From the NCBI GenBank assembly GCA_050273025.1, contig CP158635.1:434001-498000 (forward strand): DNA of 64,000 nucleotides, in the 5' to 3' direction. Below are positions 1-11,899 of the stretch, piece by piece. Within the stretch, counting starts at the first letter, position 1, and each line of letters begins with the position of its first letter. Made by a program: the position numbers and the translations under genes. The notes beneath the pieces are model-generated. The model was given only the letters and a program-made list of their open reading frames with translations, was not told where the DNA came from and did not search any database. Source of the DNA: Cenococcum geophilum. Lineage: Eukaryota.

Positions 1-1609
1 CTTTAACTAGTACCGCGGCTCTATTTAGACTATTAAGTACTAAAAATAAGGCCTACTCTATTTATACCCACTACTCTTTCTATATCTATATAACTGCGAT
101 AGACTACTAAACCTAGCTATTATTAACTGTTTTATATCCGCGGAGCTTCTATAGCTAGAGGATAATCCTATTAACTGTCTTACTAAGATTATAAAGTTAA
201 TAATAGTTTATGGCCCTTTTAGGTCCTAGAATCCGCGGGCTCCCTATATAGTTATGCTAAGGCTAGGCCTTTTACTAACCTACTTAAAGCGGTACCCTAA
301 GCCTTTTAACCCTACTACCATTGTATATAAGGACGGCTATTTAAAATACCGCCATTATAATAATCTGCGGTTATAGTCTATCCGCTTACTAAAGGGAGCT
401 ATATTTAAAATAGATAACCGCTAGATTATTCCGTACTCTTTATATCTAACCGCAAAGTATTATACGTATATAAATATTAAGGCCTACGCCTTTATAAAGT
501 CCGTTAAGTATATCTATAAGTATATATATAGGGGGAGCGATTATACTACTTTACGACTTATAGATAGTGATAAGGTAAGCTAGTATTTATAGGGCCGTTA
601 TATTAGCCCCTTTTAGGCTATTTAGCGGCTATTTAAGCTTCCTATTTATAAGGAGTTTCCCCCTATAATTTAGCTTACGGTATACCTTCTAGGAGAGTAG
701 CCTGTATACTTTTAGCCGGATTACTCTATAGAGGAGATCTAGCAGCGCCTTAAGCTCTCTTACTCTACCTTAATGGCCTTTATTAAGTATAACGCAGAGT
801 ATAAGGATAGCTATAACTACCTATATTAAGACTTCCCTAAGCTGTATATCTTTTATATAAAGCGCTAAAAGTAGCATCCTCGTTAGTAAGGTACCATAAT
901 AGGCCGTATATATTGCTACAGCTCTATTATAAGTAGGAGGTTTTACTTACGGCTACTACTAACGTCTGTTTCCGGCCCTACCTCCTTTAAAAACCTTCGT
1001 ACTATTGCTAGTATAGCCTATCTAACCTTCTAGACTGCCTATATAGCCTTAAGGCTACTAAAGGATAATTATAAGTAGATTAATTACTTAATAAAGGCCG
1101 CCGTTTTTGCTATTAGCGCCTAGCTACGCTCCTTATTTATAACCGCTTTACTTTATAGCCCTATTGCGGAGCCAGTTACTTTATAGGACCGCTTTAAATA
1201 GTCTATCTATAATAATATATCTTACTTTCTAGCCTGTTAACCTAATACTCCTCCTATAATTAGTGAGGATAATAACGCCTATTTTAATTACGGCCTATAC
1301 CTTATTTATTAGATACTTATAGATTAGCAGAAAACGCTTACGGACTATAGCCTACCCCAGTTCCAGTATTAGTAGGGTATTATTATAGAGGGAAGTAACC
1401 TACTTTTTATAACTAAGTTATAGTAATATAACTGTATAGAGAAAGAACGTTAGTTTACTAACCTATACTAATAGCTAAATGCGGATTAAGCAGCGCAGTT
1501 TAATACTATTGTTATTGCTATAGATATAGATCTATAAACCACCCGCTTTTTCCTTTAGGGCTCTATAAGTACTAGTAAAATATTTTTCTATTACTGCCTT
1601 TACTACTAC
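1..1609 (+). mobile_element. Helitron Rep/helicase fragment (RIP-degraded, truncated just after Walker A)
   Basis: Translation gives IDNR*IIPYSLYLTAKY..INIK..SVKYIYKYIYRGSD (~410-540), GRYISP..AI*RLFKFPI (~590-650), RFYLRLLL..V.GPTSF.NLRT (~940-1005) and RFFL*GS.STSK.F (degenerate GxxGTGKT, ~1543-1585), the motif order of Helitron RepHel proteins. Confidence 0.9.
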
Positions 1610-2033
1610 TATAACGAAGCCTTATAGGAAATATTACAATTAACTTATTATTAGGCTGGGTATATAGGTATAAAATAGTAAACAATATAAATATAACTAG
1701 TAGAGTAGTTACCTAATAGATTAACTCTAATTATATTCTAAGATTTACTATAAAGAAAAGAACTATTTAGGTAGGGACTATAGTCCTTTAAGTATATAAT
1801 ACTACGCCTAAGAAATATACTAAGTACGCTAGTACGTTAGTATGTTAGTACGTCTACTATATTCCCACATTCCTACGTTCCTACGTTTTTAACTTATAAT
1901 ATAACTAGCTATATAACTTAGCTACCTTTTATCCTATAGCTTAATTAGTCCTAGCGCCTTCTATACTATTCTAACTAACCCATTTATATCTCTCCTTAGT
2001 AGTGCTATTACTACTAATATAAGGTCCGTAACA
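1610..2033 (-). repeat. Solo LTR (424 bp) related to the LTRs of the Gypsy at 7336-41393
   Basis: Reverse complement begins TGTTACGGAC (as at 40672) and ends AAGGCTTCGTTATA (as at 7755/41393); 1610-1800 aligns to 7570-7755. No PPT next to it; flanks ACTAC/CTAAT do not match. Confidence 0.85.
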
Positions 2034-3929
2034 CTAATAAAGTTCTTATAGCGTAAGCTTATAGTTAATAAAAACACACTTAAGCCTAAAATAAATAGAG
2101 ACCTTAGCTAGCTAGTATAGTCTAAAACTACTAAGGCCTTACTATAATAACTATTAGTTACCTATCTGCTAGGTACCTAAAGGGTAACCTACCTAATAGC
2201 ATATTATATTATACTCTTTTAAAACTTAACGCGTATAAATAAACTTCTTCTTATAGTAGACGGCAACCTTCTTCTTATTACCCCTATCCTTTACCCTATC
2301 CTTAATATACTAACCTTACTCTTATATTAAGCGTTACTAGCTAGTTTACTAAGAATTATAGGCAGTATAGATAGATATAATATAATCTTAAACTTAACTT
2401 AGATATTTAGTATTAGCGCTTAAATAGGAGAGAGCCTAGGCGATATAGTAGTTAAGGATATTAAAGGAACGTCGCTACTTAGGCCTAGGCTATTAAAGCT
2501 TAAACTTAGTAATAGAAATCTATTAAGGATAGAAAAGCTTACCTTAATATAACTACTGCTCTTAGTACGCATACATTAACTATAAGGAATAACGGCATTA
2601 GATTTAACGTTTTACGTCTTATTATAAGCCTCTAGAATCCTATTATTAAAATTTTAGCCTTTTAAAGACGTATAGGCAAAATTATTTAGGTAGGGCTAGC
2701 ACTAGTTACGGGTTAGTAAAGGTTAGGGTTCTATATATAAAGGCAGGGCTAGAATACGCTATATAATTTACTTAAAAGAATAGTTAGTAGGAGAACGAAG
2801 AGGCATATTAAATTATTAATAGAAAAGAAGAAAATCTTAATAATATATTAAAGATCCGTTTAAATTAGACGAGGGTTAATAATAGGAAGTAAGATGTTAA
2901 GGAAAAGGATTAAGCTCAATAAGTAAAGTATCTTTATACTTTACTGTCCAATACCCTTTTAGTAAATAGCCGCAACCTTACTAATATAACTCCGTTATAA
3001 TAGAGCTATTTTACAAAAAGAAAATACGCGTATAAGCTATTTAGCTATTACTTTCTTATTAAAACCAAGTACGCGGCTAGGGAAAGGAAATTAAACCAGT
3101 AAATAAAAACGTATATAGGTTTTAATTATACCTAAACGATACTATAGTATTAAAGATTAACGTTATAATCGTTTTTCATAATTGTATAATAGCTGTAGTT
3201 GTTATTATAAAGTGTCCCTATTTACTAGGTAGTAGAGCTATACTAAATATACAGTATAGGACTATTAGATTTAAAGTATATATACTAAATCTTAGGAGAT
3301 AAGTCTCCTTAATTAACTAATTAATACCTTAACCGTATTTAATAGCCTAAGGGCAAATATAAGAATAATATGTTAGTAATGTAAAAGATTATAAGAAACG
3401 ATTATAGATTATAAATTATAGATTATATCTTAATAGTTAAAGACAATGGTAAGCTAAGGCCCTATACATTAAGCTATATACCAAATAGTTCTACGGAATA
3501 CTAAATTACCTATAATACTCGCGATTAATTATAGATAGGTATAAAGGCTTACATGTAAAGTTATATAAAAATCCTTAAGTTAGCCTAGATAGTTACTAGT
3601 AGGCTTTTAGTAGGCTTTTAATAGGTTCTTAGTAATCCTCGCGTTTTTTCTCTAGTTACGTTTTCCCTATATTAAGGTTTTTTAGGAGTTTAAAGTAGGG
3701 GTTAGACATATAGATAATATATAGCGATATCTCTCTAATATCTCTCTAAACCCCTTCTGGGAAGAACCCTTATAATATCCCTACTATAAGGTAATAGCGA
3801 TTAGGGGCTAACTATAAGAAGGGGGGGGGAATATAAGGGATAATATTGTAGTTATCTTAGGTTACTCTTAAGATAACCCCAGACACCCCATAAATAGTCG
3901 CTGGTTATATACTAGAGGCATATACCCAT

Positions 3930-5815
3930 AGTATATAGTTATACTACTAGTTAGTAGACTATAGATTAAATACGTAAGTAATAGCGTGCATCTTTTTTGG
4001 ATTAATATAGTCTACTTATTAACTAGGCTTAGGTAGTATACTAAACGCCTAAGATTAAGGGAAGCTGGCTATGTACTACTTCTAGTTATCCTTATGTTTA
4101 AGTTCCTTAAAGAAGTAAAAGCCGCTAAACCTAAACTAGGTAGAGGTGTTAATAAAGAGATAAATATAGGCACGCTTAACGTCGTTAAAGAATAATACCC
4201 TATTACTTATAGTAAGTAGGTTAAGCTAGATATATAAGTCACTTTGTAACTTAATGCTAAATCGCCTAAGTTTATACTTATTTACTAAAGCCTCTAGCTA
4301 AGTAGTAATAAAGATCTAAAGGGATCTAAAGTAAGATTAACTAAGTTTAATTACGTAGGCGTACTATATAAGGTAGCCCGTAAGCTACTAGGCTTAAAAA
4401 AATATTAAGCCGTATTAGAGTGTGGTAGTAACTTTTTTAATAGCGCGTAATTGTTTCTATGGTAATAATCGCGTTTATATTTATATGGTATTAATAGTAT
4501 ATCCTAAAACCTTAATAATAGTTCCTGCTATATCTTTAGAGCTATTTTAAGGAATACCTAGGGAGTTAGTAATAGAGATATAAGTCTAAGTAATAGCCAC
4601 TAAGTTATTTAGGTAGTATTCTACCTTATAAGGTAGTTATACATAGAGTATCTAGTATAGGCCTTCCGCGAAGAGGTTAAATATAAGCGGCGTAGTTTAA
4701 AGATTAGAGGATAGGTAGTATTCCTAGTAAGTAACACCTTCCTACAAAAAGCCTATTAATATTCTTACCCTATAAGATAGGGGGACTATATAAAACATGT
4801 CTTTAATATCTCTTTTAAATAATAGATATTTAAGACCTGCAGATATAATATAGGCTTAAATAGCGGTAGCTGTAGTATATACTAGTGCTCTATATTCTTC
4901 TAGAATTGTGTTATTAACTAAAAATGCTAGTAGAAAGGAGAGATTATAAATTTAGCCGTATTCTCTATCCGATTTTAGCACTAGGCTAAAAGGTAAGACT
5001 ATAATAGGCCCTATTACGATTCTAATATATTCTTTTTTAAGGTCTAATATTATCTTCTTAGAGATAAAGTCGGCGTTATCTTAAGAGGAGTTATAGTTTC
5101 TATAAGATCTTAGGATAGAAATAGATTCGGCTCCTATCTTATAGCTATAGGTTAGAATACCTACTAAAATAGCTAGTAGATTACCTAGGTAGTTAGATAA
5201 AAGGGAGTACTACGCTAAAATCCTTAGGGGCAATAGAGAGTGGTAAAGAGCCTTTACTTTTATAAAGGTAGGGAATAATAGTACTATATTAGGCCTAGGT
5301 CCTAGGCGTATAATTAAAGTTAATATTATTATTAGGCTAGACCCTATATTATAAGGTTTACCTTACTATTTCTAGGCGTAAGCTTTAGATAATACAGTAT
5401 AATCTTTACTATACTTTAAGCACTTATGCGGATATTTATAAGCTATATTATTATAGCATTTACTATTAAACTTGCAGTAGGTATAGGAGGTATAGGAGGT
5501 ATCTAACCTAGGTCTCTTTAAGGCGGCAAAGCTAATGGTACTAGATATTATAAGGTATAGCGCTATATACTAGGCTAGCATTTACTAATTAACGGGCTTT
5601 AGTTAGCTATTAGTTGTTATTTTTTTAATTTTTTTTATTTATATCCATTATATTATACTATATATAATACTGCGCATATAGCCTTAAGGCTATAGCACTA
5701 TAGTCCTATATACATAAATCCCTTAGGGCAGCTTAATGTATACTAGTAACTATATCCTAGTAGTTTATAAACCTCTAAACTAGGTGTTTATAGTTCCTTA
5801 GTAAAATACTAAGTT
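3930..5815 (-). mobile_element. Fragment of a DIRS/Ngaro-type YR retrotransposon (Gag zinc finger, RT, RNase H)
   Basis: Minus strand gives CKFNSKCYNNIAYKYPHKCLKY (~5410-5480), TTPLIFNLFAEGLY*IL..EYYLNN (~4600-4700), VLGYTINT (~4490-4512), LFINTS..GF and INPKKMHAI, collinear with the complete element at 16552-21301. Boundaries approximate. Confidence 0.8.
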
Positions 5816-5819
5816 ATAA

Positions 5820-7335
5820 CTACTAGGGAATAAGAAAGCGGTAAAAAACTATAAAAAATAAGAAATCCTAACGCCTATCCCTATCCTTTTATAATTTTAT
5901 TTCTATCCTTTTACTTACTAATATCTCTTTACTAAAAACCTAGTAGGAGTTATCTCCTTCTATAGATCCTGCTATTATTAGCTACTTTCTAGTAGCTATT
6001 CCTATTCTACTTTAAAATAGAAAAAGCGCCTTTTTTTTATTTATATATATAATAGCTTTTGTAGAGAGAGAGAAAAGCTTAGTTTTTTTTTGCATTTCTC
6101 TTCTTTCTTCTCTATATAGGTTGTAGTCTAGTGGTAGGTACCGGGGTTTATAGTACTCTATATTCCCTAAAGCATCTACTATCTTTATCCTCCCCCCCTA
6201 TTACTTTAGAGAAGGATTTAAAATAGCCTTTTAGAATATTTATCCTTAAGGGCTTTAAGAGAGAAGGAATGGCTTCCTTTATAGATCCTAGTATAGTGTT
6301 TTCCTTTATCCTTATTCTGTTACTAGTTATTTTTCTATAATTTTAATATCTTTTCTCTTACTACTCTCCCTATATAGGCTAGGGAGGTATAAGAAGATTA
6401 TAGTTTTCTCCTAGAAAGGCCCTTTTTAGCTAGCTTATCCGCTATTTCGTTTTTATAGATTCCTAGATGGCTAGGAACTTAGTAAAAGTTAATAGAGATC
6501 CCCTTACTAGCTAGATAGGAATAGCTTTGCATAATTTTAAAGACTAGTTCTTACCCTCTTATAAGAGAATTAAGCTATAATCTCTTAATGGCTACTTAGC
6601 TATCTATAATAATATAAACTTATTTCTCTTTTAGTTTTTATTATTTTAGGTATTCTAGGGCCCTATAGACTATATATATCTCTATATTTATAATTTCTAT
6701 ATAGGGTTCTAGATTCCAGTTTATTATATATTTAATCCTATTTCTCTACCCTATTTTATATACAGCAGCAATATTTAATTTATTATCTTTAGAGCTATCT
6801 ATATAGTATATATCTACTAGGTCCTACTCTAGGGATTCTTATAAATTTTCTACTAGTCTTATATATTCCTATACAGCTTCTTCCTTATAACCTTTTAAAA
6901 TAGAAAAGGATATAGAAATAGGAGGAGACTATAGTTTTTGCCAATCTAAAGAGATTCTCTCTATTTTCTAGTTTTAAATTATCTACTAAACTCTAGAGGC
7001 TAGAGATAGTAGCTATATCTCTAGCTATAAGAGGTACTTTATAGTAGAGTTTTTAGGGCTAGAACTAGCTGCTAATTCGTCTTTATCTTTATTAATCTCT
7101 TCTATATAAACCTTTTTAATTATATAGTTGTCCTTAAATTTTAGGATTCTTAATATATAGTTATTATAAAGCTTTTTAAGTCTAATTCTAGAAGGAGGAA
7201 TAAAGGCTTTAATCTCTATAGCTTAGCTAAAAGATCTTCTAAACGCTCTTAGAACTAGTTTTAAGGCCTTATTTTTATAAAGATTGGTACCTATTTCATA
7301 GGTAGTCTTTAAATTTGCTTTTCTACCATCACTAT
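5820..7335 (-). mobile_element. 3' half of a Tad1-like LINE (RT C-terminus and RNase H)
   Basis: Minus strand gives KALKLVLRAFRRS..AIEIKAFIPP.RIRL (~7180-7270), YIDSSKD (YTDGSK, ~6785-6810), IIIDS*VAI, FY*VPSHLGIY.NEIADKLAKKG (~6420-6490) and VATRK*LI; cut at 7335 by the Gypsy LTR. Confidence 0.85.
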
Positions 7336-7755
7336 TATTATAGACGCTTTAAGTACGATATTATAACTACTTAGAGAAGAGTCGGAAGAAGCTAGTTAGT
7401 TAATTTAGGCACGGTCTAGAATGGAGCCGATAGAGCTATATAATAAGGAATAGTAGCTAAGGTTATATAACGTTGTACGCAGTATACGCAGTGTATAAAG
7501 GGAATGTATGTATAACACGTATAACACGTACCTCACGTATAAAGGGGATTTCTTAGGAGTACGGTTGTGTATTTAAAGGACCACAGTCCCTACCTAGAGA
7601 GTTCTCTTCTTTGTAGTAAATCTTAGAATATAATTAGAGTTAATCTACTAGGCAACTACTCCACTAGTTATTATTACGTTATTAACATCTTGTTTACCTA
7701 TATACCTAGCCTATTAATAAGTCTACCGTAGTTCCTGCTATAAGGCTTTATTATA
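7336..7755 (+). repeat. 5' LTR of Gypsy-1
   Basis: TATTATAGACGC...AAGGCTTTATTATA (RIP form of TG...CA), collinear with 40672-41393. Confidence 0.9.
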
Positions 7756-7789
7756 TATTTACTACTAAGGTTATAGTATTAATAAAGTT

Positions 7790-10700
7790 AAATAATATAC
7801 CACTAAAAGTAGCAGCCACAACGGCGTCTACAGCGGCGACTACCTTAGGATTAGGTAATAACACTAGTATAGTAAATACTAACTCGTAACTAGTTACTGT
7901 TAGATAGCTATAGGAAATAGTTAATTAATTAACAGATAATAATAGGATATTTAAAGAAAGGATTAACGGGATCGGAGTGGCTAAGGTTAAGTTACTCTTA
8001 ATTAAGCGATTCTTAGGGGAGAAGTTAAAGCTTAAAGGATTCCTTATATACACTTTAAGGTTATATAGGAAGGAGTTAAACTAGGAACGCCTATAGATTA
8101 AGCCGCTTACGTAGGATTATTCTTAATAAGAAGGGTACTTAAGTAGTTTAAATCTTACCTTACGGAGGTATAGGAGTACGGCATAACGACTACTAACTAG
8201 GAGGTACGGAATATATTCTTAAGTTAGAGTGGGTTTATAAAACGTTTAATATAAATATTTAGAGACCTAAAGGCAACCACTATAGTAAAAAGAAAACTTT
8301 AAAACCTAGTATAAAGGACTTTAGCAATTAAATATACGATATAGTTTTAAATATTGGTAATATAAGTTAAATAGAATAATAAAGTGCTTATAGTACAGTA
8401 TAAGTAAGGACTTAAGGCGAAAGTCCAGGACGTAATTATCCTAATAGAAGATGCGGATACTCTTAAGGATTTAATTAACTAAGTAATTAAGATTAATGAT
8501 AGGATCTACTAAAGAGAGCAGACTAAGAAGGGTTAGAATAGAGTTCTATAGTTATATAAGGCGTAGAGCATATAACGATAAAGTTAGAGCTAAAAATTAT
8601 AATATAGCGCAGAGCTAATAAACCTAAGTAGTACTAAAGAATCTAAAAGATAAAATAAGAAATTATGGAAACCTAGAGGATAAGGATTAAGTAATTAAAG
8701 ATTTAAGGAGTAGAGGCTAAACCAGGAATCTTAATAGTAGAAGATATTTAGGCAGACTCTATAGTAAGAAAAATAGTTTAAAGAAGGAGCTTATATAAAT
8801 TACGGAAAATAAGGTTATTATATTAAAGACTATAGAAGTAGTTAGAGTTACTATATAGTAAAAGGAATAAGACTAGTAGACGATATATATATATAAAGGA
8901 ATAATAATGTGCTATAAGGAATAAAAGAATATTTAATTAAAAGTTTTGCGTTTAATTATAATAACGCATACTAAATTTATAAAGACGCTAAGTATAGCGC
9001 AAGCTATTGGCTATAGGAGCTAAAATTATTAGAGTTTAGAGGAACTAATAAACCAGTTCGCAGATCGGATATTAAAGATACTAAGTTTAACGCAGGCAAA
9101 ATATTCCGTGACGATAAGGTAATAAAGGTAGCTTACTAGAAGTATATAGACTTTAGAGATATTATATAAGAGGTAGGGGATAATTCTACTACAGAATAGG
9201 GAACATTAGTAGGGATTAAAACCCTATTAGATATAATGTCTATCACTTTATAAGATATAAGAGAAGTAGGATAGCGAACTACTTTAGCACTTAATAAAGG
9301 CAAAAGGCCAAAGGCTTAAGATTCTTAGGAAGAGATAAGAGATAACTAAGATTCTTAAGATAAAATAAGGTAAGCTTAAGGACCTATAATAGACGATAAC
9401 CAATAGAGCAGGGTAATGGCTTAGTTTAGTAATATATAAATAAGCTTAAGACGAAGTTTCCTAAAAGTATAAGACTCTTAGGACAAAATAAGTAAGATTT
9501 AAGACTTTTAAGATAAGATAAGAATACTAAAAAAGCCTAGTTAGACTAAGGCTGGAGTAAAGCTTAAGATAAAAGCAAGCTTAGGATTAAGATTTTAATA
9601 ATAAAATAAGGACTATTAAAGGAATTGCGAGTAAGGCTTAGTAATAGGATCAAAATATTAATACCAGGACTAAGAAGTAAGAGAACTTTAAGGATTTACT
9701 TATAAGACGTAAACCAAAAGAAACCATAGAAGAATTTAGGTAAAAAATTATCGTATAGTAAGAATAGAAACTAAATAAGAGATCTAGTATACTAGGTTAT
9801 ATAAGGGATAAAGCACCTATATAAAGAATTACTAATAGGCCTAGGGTAGGTATACTAAGAGCTAAGTAGCTTACTAAACTAGAAAATAAAGAGGATTTAG
9901 GGATCCCTACTAGGTTTAAAGAATGATATATAAAAGGCTGTTACAATATAGTAATAAGAAGATACTTCTTTATAGACAAGCTGTATACACTCTAGTAGCT
10001 ATACTAAAAGTAGTATAGACAAAGGCATAATAATAAGTAGGAAGATTTCTATATATAGTTAGATAAACAAGTTATCTAAAACCACCTAATTATAGAGAAG
10101 GCTATAACTTATATTAAAGGAGCCTTAATTATAATATTAAAGGATCTAGAGAAACGATTAGGGGACTAAAGAAGTAAAAGACGCATCTTAGTACCTGCGA
10201 ATAAAGTTATAACGTTTAGATTAGTACGGTAAAGGTTTAAACTTAGGGATAAAAACGAGTTAAGAGTTAACCTAAAGCACCTAGCATACTATACGCTATT
10301 ATAGATTATATACGTAGACGATATATATAAGATATATAAGAATCCAAAAGAAAAGAACCGGAAATACCCTATAAGGATATATTAGGCGCTAGAAAAGTAA
10401 TAGTATTGGAATACTAAGTATATGTATAAATAGTATCTAATAGAAGTTTAAGAGTAAGGAAACTTAATACTTTAACTAAAAAGATTCCTTATGGAAGAAT
10501 ACTTAGACGGATAATAGTAGTAGGAATGCCTAAAGAATATATATCTATAGTATATAGAGGATAAGAAGCGAACTAATCATTAGCTAAAGAGCGAGCTAAG
10601 TATAATAGGATTAAATAGCTAATAGTTAAGAAAAGTAGAGGCCTACGGGACTAAAGGGAGCTAGTAGTAGAGCCTTAGACCCTTAAAGGAATTTAAGGAC

Positions 10701-11614
10701 AACACCTAAATTTATAAGATAAGTAGTAAGATTAATAGTTTAAAGTACTAATAGATAGTAGAGTAACGCGGAACTATATCTTACTAGCAGCAGTTAAAAG
10801 AATAGGATTACCTTATAAATAGAAAGAATAACCTTACCTATTAATAACAATTTTAGGAGATCCAATAGCCTACGGAGGAGGTATTATTAACCTTAAAACA
10901 GGACCTATTTAAATAACCATTAAAGGAAGACGAATTAAGATGTCTTTTAATATCCTACTATTAGGAAGGGATAAGGCAGTATTAAGAATGCCTTAGTTAT
11001 AGAAATACAATCTAAAGATTAATTGGGTTATAGGTTAGGTTAATATTAGAGATACTTAACGCTATAAGATGCGATAGCAAACTAAGTTAATATAGTACTA
11101 AGTTAGAGTAATATACGAAGAGACTAAGTAAGGCTTAAGTTACGTATTAAAGAAATACTATAAGTATAGCAAAAAACTATAGAGCCTAAAAAGTAAAAAG
11201 CTGGTAGATTATATAGTATAGGACTATAAGATAGAGTTAAAACTAGAAATAAATCTAAGGTTCTTTCTAACCTATAAGCTTACTAAAGAAAAGTTAAGAG
11301 CACTTAAAGAGTTTATCTAGTAAGAGAACTTATAAAAGGGATATATTAGACTATCGCAGTTATTAGTAGGTTATCTAGTATTATTTATACTAAAGAAAAA
11401 TAGGAAACTTAGGTTATGCATTAACTACAAATAGTTAAATAGCATTACTTGGAAGGATAGATATCCTTTACCCTTAATTAGCGAAATCTAAAACTAAATA
11501 GGCAACGCGCAAATCTTATAAAGATAGATCTAAGATAGGCATACTATTAGATTAAAATTAAAGAAGGTAATAAATAAAAGGCAGCCTTTAGGTTAAGAGA
11601 AGGACTATATAAAC
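7790..11614 (+). pseudogene. Gypsy-1 gag, long Cys/His spacer, protease and RT N-terminus
   Basis: Degenerate CCHC knuckle at ~8791-8835 (YINYGK*GYYIKDY), protease LIDSRVTRNYI at ~10748, RT LFILKK..KLRLCINY.*LN at ~11380-11440. Confidence 0.85.
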
Positions 11615-11899
11615 TGTAACAGTGCAGTGTGAGAGAATTAAGTAAACGACTTGATTTTGAATGTAGCTCTAAGGTCTCTATATATACACAAGGTAGGTAG
11701 CAAAAGCTAACGACGACGTTAACGACAACGTTAACGACGATTCGTAACTGTTACCTAATTGCCACCAGGTCGATATTGCCACTCAGTCAGTAATAGGTAA
11801 TGAATAGGTAATAGAAATAAGTAGTAAGACATACGATGGCAAGATACAGGGTGGTGAGTTATAAGGTAGTATCTAACATAGTACCTATAGTCGGTTACA
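11615..11899 (-). repeat. 3' LTR of the Copia
   Basis: Direct repeat of 21691-21975 with 9 substitutions; adjacent CAACCCCCT is the minus-strand PPT. Confidence 0.97.

Noticed and set aside
1610..2033. Solo LTR as the 3' LTR of Gypsy-3
   Set aside because: Orientation and family fit, but no PPT or internal sequence adjoins it, so the pairing cannot be supported.
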